Positions 12,063 to 21,391 of a stretch of 50,536 nt of DNA are shown piece by piece. Every line of letters starts with the position of its first letter. Position 1 is the stretch's first letter. Position numbers and translations under genes: made by a program. Below the pieces are notes generated by a model, which saw only the letters and a program-made list of their open reading frames with translations, ran no database searches and was not told the origin of the DNA. Origin of the DNA: a virus; the IMG/VR virus record IMGVR_UViG_3300048562_000008; one strand, given 5' to 3'.

Positions 12063-12917
12063 ATGCTACACGTACAGCCGCAGGCCAGTGGTCCCTGGAC
12101 CTACGACAACTACGGCACCAACCCGTCCGGCACATACGGCACGTCCGTCACTCCGGGCGCATCCGGGGCTGAGGGGTCCTGGACGCAGGTAGCGTCCGCG
12201 GCCAACGTCGCCCAGGACGTGTACGGGATGCTGGTGCGCGTGTATCTTGGCAGCACCTCGGGAGCAATCAAGAACCACCTCATGGACATCGGGGTAGACC
12301 CGGCGGGCGGCACCTCCTACACCGCTGTCATCTCCGACATCGTGTGCGGAGAGTCGGGCACGGTCGCTGTCACACTGGGGCACCGCTACTTCTTCCCGCT
12401 GTTCATCAAGGCGGGTTCCAGCATCGCCGTGCGCATCCAGGGCAGTGCTGCAACCGCCGGAACCGTGCGCGTTCCTGTTCGGCTCTACGGGTACCGCAGC
12501 CGCCCCGAGTTCATGCCGGTGGGCAGCTTCTCGGAGACGATTGGCACCATCGCCAGCACCCAGGGAGTGGCCTTCACTCCCGGCAACGCGGCAGATGGGT
12601 CGTGGGTCAGCCTCGGCACCACGGCGAAGCCCCTGTGGTGGTGGCAGCTAGCCTACCAGATGAACAACGGGGTCATCACGGCGGAGTACACCTACATCGA
12701 CCTCGCGTGGGGCGACGCCTCCAACAAGCACATCATCACCCGGCAGGTTCACGGCGGTCTTACGACCGAGAGCCTGGGGGATCTGCAGGGGGCCAACCTC
12801 TGCATGTTCGAGGCGTACCAGCCGGTACCCGCAGGTGCAACTCTCTATGTACGCGGCCGAGCGGACTCAGCCCCCGACACGGGGTACAACGCCGTCGCAA
12901 TCGGAATCGGAGGGTAG
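12063..12917 (+). CDS. hypothetical structural protein (284 aa)
   Basis: Track ORF with a GGGGG RBS and high GC3. Confidence 0.65.
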   Translation: MLHVQPQASGPWTYDNYGTNPSGTYGTSVTPGASGAEGSWTQVASAANVAQDVYGMLVRVYLGSTSGAIKNHLMDIGVDPAGGTSYTAVISDIVCGESGTVAVTLGHRYFFPLFIKAGSSIAVRIQGSAATAGTVRVPVRLYGYRSRPEFMPVGSFSETIGTIASTQGVAFTPGNAADGSWVSLGTTAKPLWWWQLAYQMNNGVITAEYTYIDLAWGDASNKHIITRQVHGGLTTESLGDLQGANLCMFEAYQPVPAGATLYVRGRADSAPDTGYNAVAIGIGG

Positions 12918-12919
12918 CC

Positions 12920-13264
12920 ATGGCGATCACAGAGGCCTTCGCCGGAACCGAGGCCGTGGGAACCACGGAGCACTCCTGTACGACTGACACCGCCGGTCCG
13001 GACGCTGAGACGAGTGACGGGGTCTTCCAGGTCTTCCTCGACGTGAGCGACATGATCGCGGGCGACCAGCTCCAGATCCGCGTCTACGAGAAGGTCGGCG
13101 CCGCGAGCACGCAGCGCATCGTCTACCAGGCGTACCTCACCGGCGCGCAGTCCGAGCCGATCTGGGTGAGTCCCAGCCTGATTCTCCTGCACGGGTGGGA
13201 CGTTACGCTCGACGCCCTGGCCGGAACCATCACCGTCGACTGGTCCATCCGTAAGGTAGCGTAG
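12920..13264 (+). CDS. hypothetical protein (114 aa, MAITEAFAG...)
   Basis: The ATG follows GGAGGGTAGCC. The track ORF 12344..13264 is trimmed. Confidence 0.6.
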   Translation: MAITEAFAGTEAVGTTEHSCTTDTAGPDAETSDGVFQVFLDVSDMIAGDQLQIRVYEKVGAASTQRIVYQAYLTGAQSEPIWVSPSLILLHGWDVTLDALAGTITVDWSIRKVA

Positions 13265-13266
13265 CC

Positions 13267-14391
13267 ATGAGCTGGGCGTACCAGCCGCTAGTCCCGGCCT
13301 CCGCGGACCTGCTAGCGAGTGGTGCGTCCAACCAGACCCAGGCCGTAAGCGGGCTGGGGTCGGCCGCAGCCTTCGGCACGGTCACCGCAGCGGCGGGCAA
13401 CGTCAACGTCGCGGTAGCGGGCAAGACGAGCGCGGCACAGTTCGGTACCGTCACCATCGCAACCGCGATCACCGTCGCCGTAACGGGCAAGGCGAGCGAC
13501 GCGGCCTTCGGCGCTGTACAGGTCAACCACGCCATCCCGGTCGCTGGTAAGGGCAGCGACGCAGCCTTCGGCACGGTCACCCCCGTTCCGGGCGGTGTCG
13601 GCGTGGCCGTCGCGGGCCTCGGCAGCGCGGCAGCCTTCGGATCGGTCACCCCGGTCCCGGGCAACGCGAACGTGGCCGTGGCGGGCAAGACCTCAGCAGC
13701 CGCGTTCGGTAGCGTAGCGATCACCACCGCCATCACGGTGGTCGTAGCGGGCAAGACCTCGGACGCCGCCTTCGGCAGCGTGGGCGTGGACACCGCCATC
13801 GCGGTAGCAGTCGCGGGCAAGACCTCCGCAGCCGCCTTCGGCGCTGTACAGGTCAACCACACCATCCCCGTAGCGGGCCTCGGCAGCGCAGCGGCCTTCG
13901 GGGCCGTGGGCGCCTCGACCGGGGGTAGCGCGCAGGACGTGGCCGTCTCGGGACTGGCCTCGGCAGCAGCCTTCGGGTCGGTGCAGGTCAACCACGCCAT
14001 CCAGGTGTCGGGCAAGTCGTCCGCCGCCCAGTTCGGCGCAGTGACCGCGGTGCCCGGCATCGTACTGGTGTCGGTGCCCGGCCTGGCCTCGGCGGCGCAG
14101 TTCGGCAGCGTCGTGGCAGTTCCTGGCGGCGTATCGGCCGCAGTGCCGGGCCTCGGAACTGTCGCGCAGTTCGGCAGCGTCACGGTCCTGGCGGGCAACG
14201 TCGACGTGGCAGTCGCAGGCGCGGGCAGTGCAGCGGCCTTCGGGTCCGTCACCCCCGTACCGGGCGGCGTACTCGTGGCAGTCGCAGGCAAGCCCTCGGG
14301 CGCACAGTTCGGAACCATCACAACGCAGGGCGGCGCGGTCGTCGTAGTGACCAGCAAGACCATCGACCTCGGGCGCTTCGGCATCTACTAG
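13267..14391 (+). CDS. Ala/Gly-rich repetitive fibre-like protein (374 aa)
   Basis: About 17 tandem units of 18 to 21 aa with the pattern S-AAAFG-x-V...V-AV-G. It sits beside tail-fibre-like genes. Confidence 0.75.
   Translation: MSWAYQPLVPASADLLASGASNQTQAVSGLGSAAAFGTVTAAAGNVNVAVAGKTSAAQFGTVTIATAITVAVTGKASDAAFGAVQVNHAIPVAGKGSDAAFGTVTPVPGGVGVAVAGLGSAAAFGSVTPVPGNANVAVAGKTSAAAFGSVAITTAITVVVAGKTSDAAFGSVGVDTAIAVAVAGKTSAAAFGAVQVNHTIPVAGLGSAAAFGAVGASTGGSAQDVAVSGLASAAAFGSVQVNHAIQVSGKSSAAQFGAVTAVPGIVLVSVPGLASAAQFGSVVAVPGGVSAAVPGLGTVAQFGSVTVLAGNVDVAVAGAGSAAAFGSVTPVPGGVLVAVAGKPSGAQFGTITTQGGAVVVVTSKTIDLGRFGIY
13354..14320 (+). repeat. in-frame tandem repeat array (about 17 units of 54 to 63 bp) inside the fibre-like gene
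   Basis: Recurrent ...gcagccttcggc.c.gtcac... DNA encodes AAAFG(S/T/A)V units. The boundaries are approximate. Confidence 0.7.
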
Positions 14392-14400
14392 GGGGCGAGC

Positions 14401-15321
14401 ATGACTGAGGTATTCTACGAAGGGCGCAAGCTGTCCCGCCTCGTTATCGGGGACTCAAGCGGCGCGTACATCGATGGCGACTACGACATCAGCCTCATCC
14501 CCGGCACGCCTGGAACGATCACGCCCGGCGACACGGTCACGGACGGCACGGGCAGCACGAACACGCTGATCCTGCAGCCCACGGCCAACAAGGGCGCCTC
14601 GATCAGCACGGGCGGCTGTCTCAAGATCCTCAACACCGACTCCAACGGCGTGGGCCTGCTCGTGTACTCGAACCAGGCCACGCCGTCGGGTCGACTCGTG
14701 GTCATCAACGCCGCGCACGCGACGTTCAACCAGGCCGCGCTGCGCATTGAGCACGGCGGCACGGGCCGAGGGCTGGACGTGAACCAGTCGGGCACGGGCA
14801 TCGGCGCGAACATCGTCGGCAACGGCGGGGCCACGGCGAACTCCCACGCACTGGCGGTCAGCCTCGCAGGCACTGGCTCGGCCACGTCCAGCGCGGCCTC
14901 GTTCAGCTCGACCAACCAGGCCCACTCCGCACTGCAGGTCACGGGCAACGAGACGGGTCGCGGCACGATCAAGATCGCCCACGTTGGACAGGGCGCGGGA
15001 GTCGACGCGAACGCCTCGGCACTCAGCATCGACGTGGACGCCACGGCTGGAACGGCTGCCAAGGGCATCTACATCGTGTCCACCGGCGGGTCGGGAACGA
15101 CCGGGGCGCTGCTGGACGTGCGCAACAACGGCGCGGGGGACTTCCTGTTCCAGGTTCAGCCTGGGCAGATCATCTTCGATGCACCGGGATCCGATCCAGG
15201 TACCTCACTCATGTGGAACGGATCGTGGAATGCCTACCTCAACGAGGCGGGCAACACCCTGGTGTTCAAGGTCAAGTACGCGGGCGGAACCATCAAGAGC
15301 GGCACCGTCGCACTCGCCTAG
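14401..15321 (+). CDS. beta-helix tail spike or tail fibre-like protein (306 aa)
   Basis: Gly/Thr/Ala-rich repeats (GTGRGLDVNQSGTGIGANIVGNGG..., ASALSIDVDATAGTAAKGIYIV) are typical of parallel beta-helix tail proteins. Confidence 0.6.
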   Translation: MTEVFYEGRKLSRLVIGDSSGAYIDGDYDISLIPGTPGTITPGDTVTDGTGSTNTLILQPTANKGASISTGGCLKILNTDSNGVGLLVYSNQATPSGRLVVINAAHATFNQAALRIEHGGTGRGLDVNQSGTGIGANIVGNGGATANSHALAVSLAGTGSATSSAASFSSTNQAHSALQVTGNETGRGTIKIAHVGQGAGVDANASALSIDVDATAGTAAKGIYIVSTGGSGTTGALLDVRNNGAGDFLFQVQPGQIIFDAPGSDPGTSLMWNGSWNAYLNEAGNTLVFKVKYAGGTIKSGTVALA

Positions 15322-15330
15322 GAGGACACC

Positions 15331-15507
15331 ATGTACACCCCATTCAAGTTCGTAATTCAGGCAGTGCTTGTGCAGCAGGACGACACCGGCCGCGTTGTAG
15401 GCGAGGCCTCGTCGGAGACTGTGGCCGTATACGGCCTCGACGGGCTGCGCGAGTACCTAGACGGTTTCGAGGAGGAGCTGGCTAGGCTGAACGAAGGAAC
15501 ACAGTAG
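15331..15507 (+). CDS. micro-ORF (58 aa, MYTPFKFVIQAVLVQQDD...)
   Basis: GGAGGACACC precedes the ATG. The ORF is below the track cutoff and fills the gap before the terminase gene. Confidence 0.5.
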   Translation: MYTPFKFVIQAVLVQQDDTGRVVGEASSETVAVYGLDGLREYLDGFEEELARLNEGTQ

Positions 15508-15653
15508 TGCAGATCGTAGTACCCAACGGGACCAGCGCAGGCTGGCGCGTCGTGCGCGAGAAGCCGCGCGACTGGCGGTGCCCGGTGTGTGCGCAGAAGC
15601 TACGCTATTACTGGAGCCAGTGCCCCGCAGACGGAGCACCAAGGCCACAGTAG
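15507..15653 (+). CDS. micro-ORF (48 aa), zinc-ribbon-like (CPVC...C)
   Basis: The GTG start overlaps the preceding TAG. The ORF ends 11 nt before the TerL start. Confidence 0.35.
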   Translation: MQIVVPNGTSAGWRVVREKPRDWRCPVCAQKLRYYWSQCPADGAPRPQ

Positions 15654-15664
15654 AGGAGGCCTAC

Positions 15665-17194
15665 GTGCCCCACAACTACCGCTCGATCCTCGCAGGGGGC
15701 ACGACCTCGACCACCGAGTTTGTCGCCCCCCTGCAGGCCCGCTGGTCCCGCATGCCGCAGAAGCTGTACTGGTTCCTGGCTCACAAGTATCAGCCGCACG
15801 TGTACCAGCAGCTGTTCCACACGGCCATCCAGGACGGCAAGCTCGTCCGCTTCCGCCACCTCGTGGCTGGGCGGCGAGGCGGCAAGACCCTGAGCGCCGC
15901 GTGGGAGGTCGTCTACTACTGCCTGCACCCGGAGCAGTTCCACCGCGACGCGCACAACGAGGACTCGCGCCGCCCCCTGTGGGTGTGGGCGCTGGCGAAG
16001 GACCACAAGCTGGGCCGACCGAGCCTGCTCACGACGCTCGAAGTGCTCGACCAGGTGGGCCTCATCAAGGACAAGGACTACCGCTACAACCGCTCCGAGA
16101 AGATCATCGAGTTCAACGACTCGGGGACCCTCCTGGAGTTCAAGTCCGCAGACGATCCGCAGTCCCTACGAGGCGCAGGCCTCGACATCCTCTGGGTTGA
16201 CGAGGCGGCGTTCGTGCCGAACGACGAGGCATGGAACGTCGTGCGCCCGTCTCTGTCGGACAAGCTCGGCCTCCTCATCACCACGACCACGCCCGCGGGC
16301 AAGAACTGGTTTCACGACGAGTTCTGGAGCGACCTGGCGATGTCGGATGTCAACCAGTTCCGCGTCGAGTACACGAGCATCGACAACCCGTTCTTCCAGC
16401 GCGGGGAGTGGGAGTACGCTCGCACGCACTCGCACCCGGTCCAGTTCAAGCAGGAGTACATGGCCTCGTTCGACGCGATGGCCGGTATCGCCCTGCACGG
16501 CGAGTGGCTCAAGTTCTTCATCCTGGGCCAGGGCACGCCGTATGGCTCCCCGGAAGACGTACGACTCATCCCGAAGGACGGCCAGCTCACGCTGCGCAAG
16601 TTCATCGGGATCGACCCGGCCATCTCCCAGTCAGACAAGGCCGACCACTTCGCGATGTGCCTCATTGGCATCGAGGAGGACAACTCCCGCGCCTACGTGC
16701 TCGACACGTTCAAGGGGCGCATGGAGTTCCCCGAGCAGATCGACAAGATCCAGGAGTGGTGGCACCGCTACCGCCCGCAGATGATCGGCGTCGAGGCCGT
16801 GGCCTTCCAGGCCGCGCTCGTGCAGCAGCTGGAGCGCCTGCCGGGCCTTCCGCCCATCGTGCCGGTGTTCAGCCGCGGCAAGAAGAAGGAGCGCATCCTC
16901 TCGATGTCGCCCCTGTTCAAGATCGGCCGCATCCGCATCCACCGCCAGCACCACGACTTCATTGACGAGTGGGTGTCCTACAACCCCGACGACAAGAACC
17001 CGAAGGACGACCTCCTGGACGCGACTGAGATCGCTCTCAGCCTCGCGGGCGTGCTCCTGCCGTACGTGGCGGACCACAGTCAGGACCCCGACGGGTACGC
17101 GTCCATCGAGGACGAGGCTCGCGCGCAGATCCTGGCGATCCAGAACAAGGACGGCTCGCCGCCCATTGACGAGCACCTCGGAGGGGAGTACTGA
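15665..17194 (+). CDS. terminase large subunit
   Basis: Walker A GRRGGKT. Walker B ILWVDEAAF. C-terminal nuclease-like IGIDPA...D. GTG start with a GAGGAGG RBS. The track ORF 15578..17194 is trimmed. Confidence 0.9.
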   Translation: MPHNYRSILAGGTTSTTEFVAPLQARWSRMPQKLYWFLAHKYQPHVYQQLFHTAIQDGKLVRFRHLVAGRRGGKTLSAAWEVVYYCLHPEQFHRDAHNEDSRRPLWVWALAKDHKLGRPSLLTTLEVLDQVGLIKDKDYRYNRSEKIIEFNDSGTLLEFKSADDPQSLRGAGLDILWVDEAAFVPNDEAWNVVRPSLSDKLGLLITTTTPAGKNWFHDEFWSDLAMSDVNQFRVEYTSIDNPFFQRGEWEYARTHSHPVQFKQEYMASFDAMAGIALHGEWLKFFILGQGTPYGSPEDVRLIPKDGQLTLRKFIGIDPAISQSDKADHFAMCLIGIEEDNSRAYVLDTFKGRMEFPEQIDKIQEWWHRYRPQMIGVEAVAFQAALVQQLERLPGLPPIVPVFSRGKKKERILSMSPLFKIGRIRIHRQHHDFIDEWVSYNPDDKNPKDDLLDATEIALSLAGVLLPYVADHSQDPDGYASIEDEARAQILAIQNKDGSPPIDEHLGGEY

Positions 17195-17472
17195 TGTTCG
17201 GACGACCGAGCAAGAGCGAGCGTGCCCTCTACGAGCGCATGATCGTCATTCTCGCGGACCAGGTCGACTGGCTGCGGCAGCACGCGGGTTCGCCCGCCCT
17301 GCCGGTGCCCACCGCCCTCGCGGGACCCTCCCAGGCCCCCAAGTGGCTCTCGGAGGACGAGGAAGTCCTGCAGTGGCAGGCCGACAACCAGCTCATCGAC
17401 CTGGATGACGCCCGCGCAGCCCTGGAGCAGATCGGTGCATTGAACACCGAAGTGTCCGACTACATGAACTAG
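17194..17472 (+). CDS. hypothetical protein (92 aa)
   Basis: ATGA-type overlap with the TerL stop. Track ORF. Confidence 0.6.
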   Translation: MFGRPSKSERALYERMIVILADQVDWLRQHAGSPALPVPTALAGPSQAPKWLSEDEEVLQWQADNQLIDLDDARAALEQIGALNTEVSDYMN

Positions 17473-17482
17473 GGGGTGATCC

Positions 17483-19843
17483 ATGGCAGCTGACTCCGAG
17501 ACGATGACGGCCGACTACCAGTCGCCCGCAGACCTCAAGACCGCCGACGACCTGACGCGCAGACGCAAGCAGCTGCAGGATGGACGCCGGGACGACACGC
17601 GGGACTGGGCGCTCAATCGCGCCTTCTTCAACAACCAGCAGTGGGCGTTCTACAACAAGATCAACGGCCGGGTGGAGAACCTCCCGAGCGAGGACGGCGA
17701 GAAGCCGCGCTATATCGTGCGCCTCGTCAGCAATCAGATCCTCCCGGGAGTCATGGCGTACGTCGCCATGCTCACGAAGACCAAGCCGACCATCTACGCG
17801 ACCCCGGACAGCTCGGACAACGCTGACCGCAAGGCCGCAGAAATGGGCCAGCGCCTGTTCGAGTACTGGTGGCACGAGATGGGCCTGGAGTCGAAGCTCC
17901 AGAAGGCCCTCTACCACTCGACGCTGTCGCGCGGGTACTGGAAGATCACGTGGGACCCGTACGCGGGCAAGCCCATGCGCTTCACGATCAACCCGCAGAC
18001 CGGCGAGCCGATCACGCAGGAGCGCCTGCGCGACCTGTTCGTGGCCGAGCTGCGCAACGCGGGCCTCCCGCCGGACGCGTTCGACCAGCAGGTCGCCCTA
18101 GGCGACATCCGCGTCGAGCCGATGAAGGGCGAGGACGTGTGGCTCTCCCCGGGCGCAACGTGCCCCGAGGACGCCGAGTACGCGATCTGCCGCCACAGCA
18201 TGACCCCCGAGGAGGTCTTCACTCGCTACGGCAAGAAGGTGTCGCCGGACGCGAAGTCGGAGGACCCCGAGGACCAGGCCCAGCCGTTCGGCCAGATCCG
18301 GGTCGAGAGCAAGCCGACGAACATGATGAAGAACGTGTTTGTGGGCTACTTCAAGCCGTCGCGCTCGCAGCCGAAGGGCCGCTACGTGGTGTGGATGGAG
18401 TCCCCGTCCATGATCCTCGTGGACACCCCGTGGGAGCTGCCGTTCCAGGACCTGCCGCTCGTCGGCTGGCCGGGACAGGGCTATGCTGACACGCCGGTGG
18501 TCACGGCCGCGCGGCCACTCCAGAAGGAGCTGAACCGCACGCTGTCGCAGATCGTCATGCACAAGAACCTGACGGTCAAGCCCCAGCTCATCTACCCGAC
18601 CGGCTCGCTGCTCGGGAAGCTGACCTCGGAGCCGGGCGTCGGCGTGGCGTACAACCCGGTCGCAGGACTCAAGCCCGAGTGGCGCGACATGCCCGCCCTA
18701 CCGGCGTACGTGTTCGAGCACCTCAGCGGCATCCAGCAGCGACTGGACCGACTATTCAACCTCCAGGCCGTCTCTCGCGGCGATCTGCCGAACAGTCAGG
18801 TCGAGGCGGGTGTGGCGATTGACCTCCTCCAGGAGGCAGCAGTCGACCAGGTCGTGCCTGTCATCAAGCGAATTGAGCACTGCCTCTCGCACGCGGGCAT
18901 GCTCATGGCGAAGCTCGCCCAGGAGTACTACATCGAGCCTCGCCTCCTCAAGATCAAGGGACCCTCGGGGTCCAACCAGGTACAACACTTCATGGCCGCA
19001 GACCTGCAGGGCGGGTTCACCTTCCACGCAGAGGCCGGATCAGGCATCCCGCGCACGCGCGCCGGGCGGCTCATGCGCATCGAGAAGCTCATCAATCTCG
19101 GCGTGATGTCCCCCCAGCAGGCGGCGAAGGAGATGGACCTAGGCGACATGCGCTCCATCACGGAGGGCATGGCCCAGGACGAGGACCACGCTCTGCGAGA
19201 GCAGGACAAGATCCTCAACGGCATTCCAACCAATCTGCAGGCGTACCAGTCGTACATGTCCGCGCTACAGGCCGGGTTCAACCCGGAGACGGGCGAGCCT
19301 CTGCAGCAGGAGCAGGAGGTCCAGATGCTCGCGCAGAAGGCGATGGTCATGCCGACCCCGTACGAGAACGTGGGAATCCACCTGGAGGTTCACCGCAAGT
19401 ACCTCACCTCGGGCGAGTTCGAGACGCTGCCCGAGCCGGTGCAGGCGATGTACCTCATCCACTACCAGCTGACCCAGCAGCAGGCTGCCCAGCAGACGCC
19501 GCAGGTTCAGCCGCAGCCGATCCGCACCAGCCTGCAGCTCAAGGGCACGGTCGGGCCGACTGCAGCCGCCGAGATCCTCCGCAACAGCGGGGTGTCGGGT
19601 GCTACGCCAGAGACGATGGCAGAGCAGCCCCTGGAGACGGAGGTATACGACTCCGTCGACAAGATGGACCAGGGTTCGGCAGGAAACAACCCGCTCGATC
19701 CCATCGAGCAGGCCGTGGCACTGCAGCAGGCAGAGGACATGCACCAGGTCAAGATGGCCGAGGCTACCGCCAAGGCGGGACTCGCCATCAAGCGCGTGGA
19801 GCAGTCCGACTTCCGGCCCAAGCCACCGGCTGGAAAGAAGTAA
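17483..19843 (+). CDS. portal protein (786 aa)
   Basis: The size, its position after TerL, and the N-terminal RDWALNRAFFNNQQW-type portal signature. Confidence 0.85.
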   Translation: MAADSETMTADYQSPADLKTADDLTRRRKQLQDGRRDDTRDWALNRAFFNNQQWAFYNKINGRVENLPSEDGEKPRYIVRLVSNQILPGVMAYVAMLTKTKPTIYATPDSSDNADRKAAEMGQRLFEYWWHEMGLESKLQKALYHSTLSRGYWKITWDPYAGKPMRFTINPQTGEPITQERLRDLFVAELRNAGLPPDAFDQQVALGDIRVEPMKGEDVWLSPGATCPEDAEYAICRHSMTPEEVFTRYGKKVSPDAKSEDPEDQAQPFGQIRVESKPTNMMKNVFVGYFKPSRSQPKGRYVVWMESPSMILVDTPWELPFQDLPLVGWPGQGYADTPVVTAARPLQKELNRTLSQIVMHKNLTVKPQLIYPTGSLLGKLTSEPGVGVAYNPVAGLKPEWRDMPALPAYVFEHLSGIQQRLDRLFNLQAVSRGDLPNSQVEAGVAIDLLQEAAVDQVVPVIKRIEHCLSHAGMLMAKLAQEYYIEPRLLKIKGPSGSNQVQHFMAADLQGGFTFHAEAGSGIPRTRAGRLMRIEKLINLGVMSPQQAAKEMDLGDMRSITEGMAQDEDHALREQDKILNGIPTNLQAYQSYMSALQAGFNPETGEPLQQEQEVQMLAQKAMVMPTPYENVGIHLEVHRKYLTSGEFETLPEPVQAMYLIHYQLTQQQAAQQTPQVQPQPIRTSLQLKGTVGPTAAAEILRNSGVSGATPETMAEQPLETEVYDSVDKMDQGSAGNNPLDPIEQAVALQQAEDMHQVKMAEATAKAGLAIKRVEQSDFRPKPPAGKK

Positions 19844-20334
19844 TGGCGGGGCGTACCACGTACACCGACGAGCACAAGGCGGCGGTGTACGTGGCGCTCG
19901 CGTCCAACGAGGGGAACGTCAAGAGAACGGCCCGGGACACCGGGGTGCCCGTCTCAACGATCCGCCGTTGGCGTGACGAGTGGGAGGCTCACGAGAACCT
20001 ACCCGCCCCCGATGCACTCGACTTCGCGGTCGGGGACTTCGTGGAGCGCGCCACTACTGTGCGTTGGAAGGCCCTGGTCGAGCTGGATCGTCAGATCCCC
20101 CTCGCCAAGCCCGCCGACCTCGTGAAGATCGTCCAGATCCTCGATGACAAGGTCACGAGGGCGACTGGACTGGCCGACCGCACGGTCGACCACCGCTTCG
20201 TGCTACCCAAGCCCGAGGAGCTACAGGCCCTCGTGGCCGGGTTCGCTGAGGCAACCCGTCAGACGGCACTCGCCAACGCTGACGACATCATTGACGCGGA
20301 GGTGCTGGAGCTTGCTCCAGCCCTGCCGCGCTAG
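19843..20334 (+). CDS. helix-turn-helix DNA-binding protein (possible small terminase subunit)
   Basis: N-terminal HTH (NVKRTARDTGVPVSTIRRWRDEW). TAATG overlap with the portal gene. The function is inferred only from this motif. Confidence 0.5.
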   Translation: MAGRTTYTDEHKAAVYVALASNEGNVKRTARDTGVPVSTIRRWRDEWEAHENLPAPDALDFAVGDFVERATTVRWKALVELDRQIPLAKPADLVKIVQILDDKVTRATGLADRTVDHRFVLPKPEELQALVAGFAEATRQTALANADDIIDAEVLELAPALPR

Positions 20335-20379
20335 CGTGACCAAGCCCTAGGGCAGTCACCGACAAAGGAGTTCGACACG

Positions 20380-21351
20380 ATGGATCCCACAGAGGCAGAG
20401 GCGCTACTCGACGCGGCCATGGACGCGGATGGAGCTGGGGACGACCCCAACTCACAGCCGTACGACCTAGGGCCGGGCAACGGGTTCGACCCAGCAAATG
20501 AGGGACTCTCCCAGGGGGATGAGCCGAACCAGGACGCACCACCCACCGACGAGCCGGTAGCCCCGGTCGAGGTGGAGTCGTTCGCGGAGAAGTTCGACCC
20601 CAACACGATCCCCGAGGAACTGGTACCCGCGTACAAGCTGATGCAGGCTGACTACACGCGGAAGACGCAGAGCCTCGCGGAGCGTGCGCGTGCGCTGGAG
20701 CAGTACGGTGACATCGACATCGACACCGCCGCCCAGCTCATGCAGCGAGTGAGCACCCCGGAGGGACTCGCCGCCTTCACGCAGGAGGCGACCGAGTGGC
20801 TCCAGGGCCAGGGCTACACCGCCCAGGAGGCCCAGCAGGCCGTGGCCGACGTGACCCAGCAGCCGACGGACGATCCGTTCGCCGGACTGGACACGCTCGT
20901 GGCCGACGACCCTGACCTCGCCCCGCTCGCACAGGCCGTGAAGGCACTGCAGGCTCAGGTTCAGAGTTTCGAGCAGACCCAGCAGAGCGCCTTCGAGGCC
21001 GAGCGCCAGAAGACCGAGACGATGCAGGTCCTCGGGGAACTCCAGCGGATGGAGAACTTCATCCGAACGGAGAACCCGCAGTACAGCGACCAGGACGTGG
21101 AGAACATCTACGAGCTGGCCGCGTACTACGACGGCAACCTCATCGAGGCCCAGCAGCGTTACGAGGCTCAGTTCGCTGACCGCCTCGGGCGCTACCTGCA
21201 GTCCAAGGGCACCCCCGTGGGGGTCCAGCCCGTGGGCACGCCGGGTGGTCCGCCGGTCGTGGACAGCGACTTCGACCCGCTCGATCCGAAGCAGGCCCAC
21301 GAGGCCGCTCTGGAGATGCTTCGCCGCATCGAGAGCGAGCCGGATGGCTAG
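20380..21351 (+). CDS. scaffolding protein
   Basis: Acidic, Gln/Glu/Ala-rich, coiled-coil-like 323 aa lying between the portal and capsid genes. Confidence 0.7.
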   Translation: MDPTEAEALLDAAMDADGAGDDPNSQPYDLGPGNGFDPANEGLSQGDEPNQDAPPTDEPVAPVEVESFAEKFDPNTIPEELVPAYKLMQADYTRKTQSLAERARALEQYGDIDIDTAAQLMQRVSTPEGLAAFTQEATEWLQGQGYTAQEAQQAVADVTQQPTDDPFAGLDTLVADDPDLAPLAQAVKALQAQVQSFEQTQQSAFEAERQKTETMQVLGELQRMENFIRTENPQYSDQDVENIYELAAYYDGNLIEAQQRYEAQFADRLGRYLQSKGTPVGVQPVGTPGGPPVVDSDFDPLDPKQAHEAALEMLRRIESEPDG

Positions 21352-21391
21352 GCGCTCCTTCCCCGCACCATCCACCTAGGAGAACACAGAA

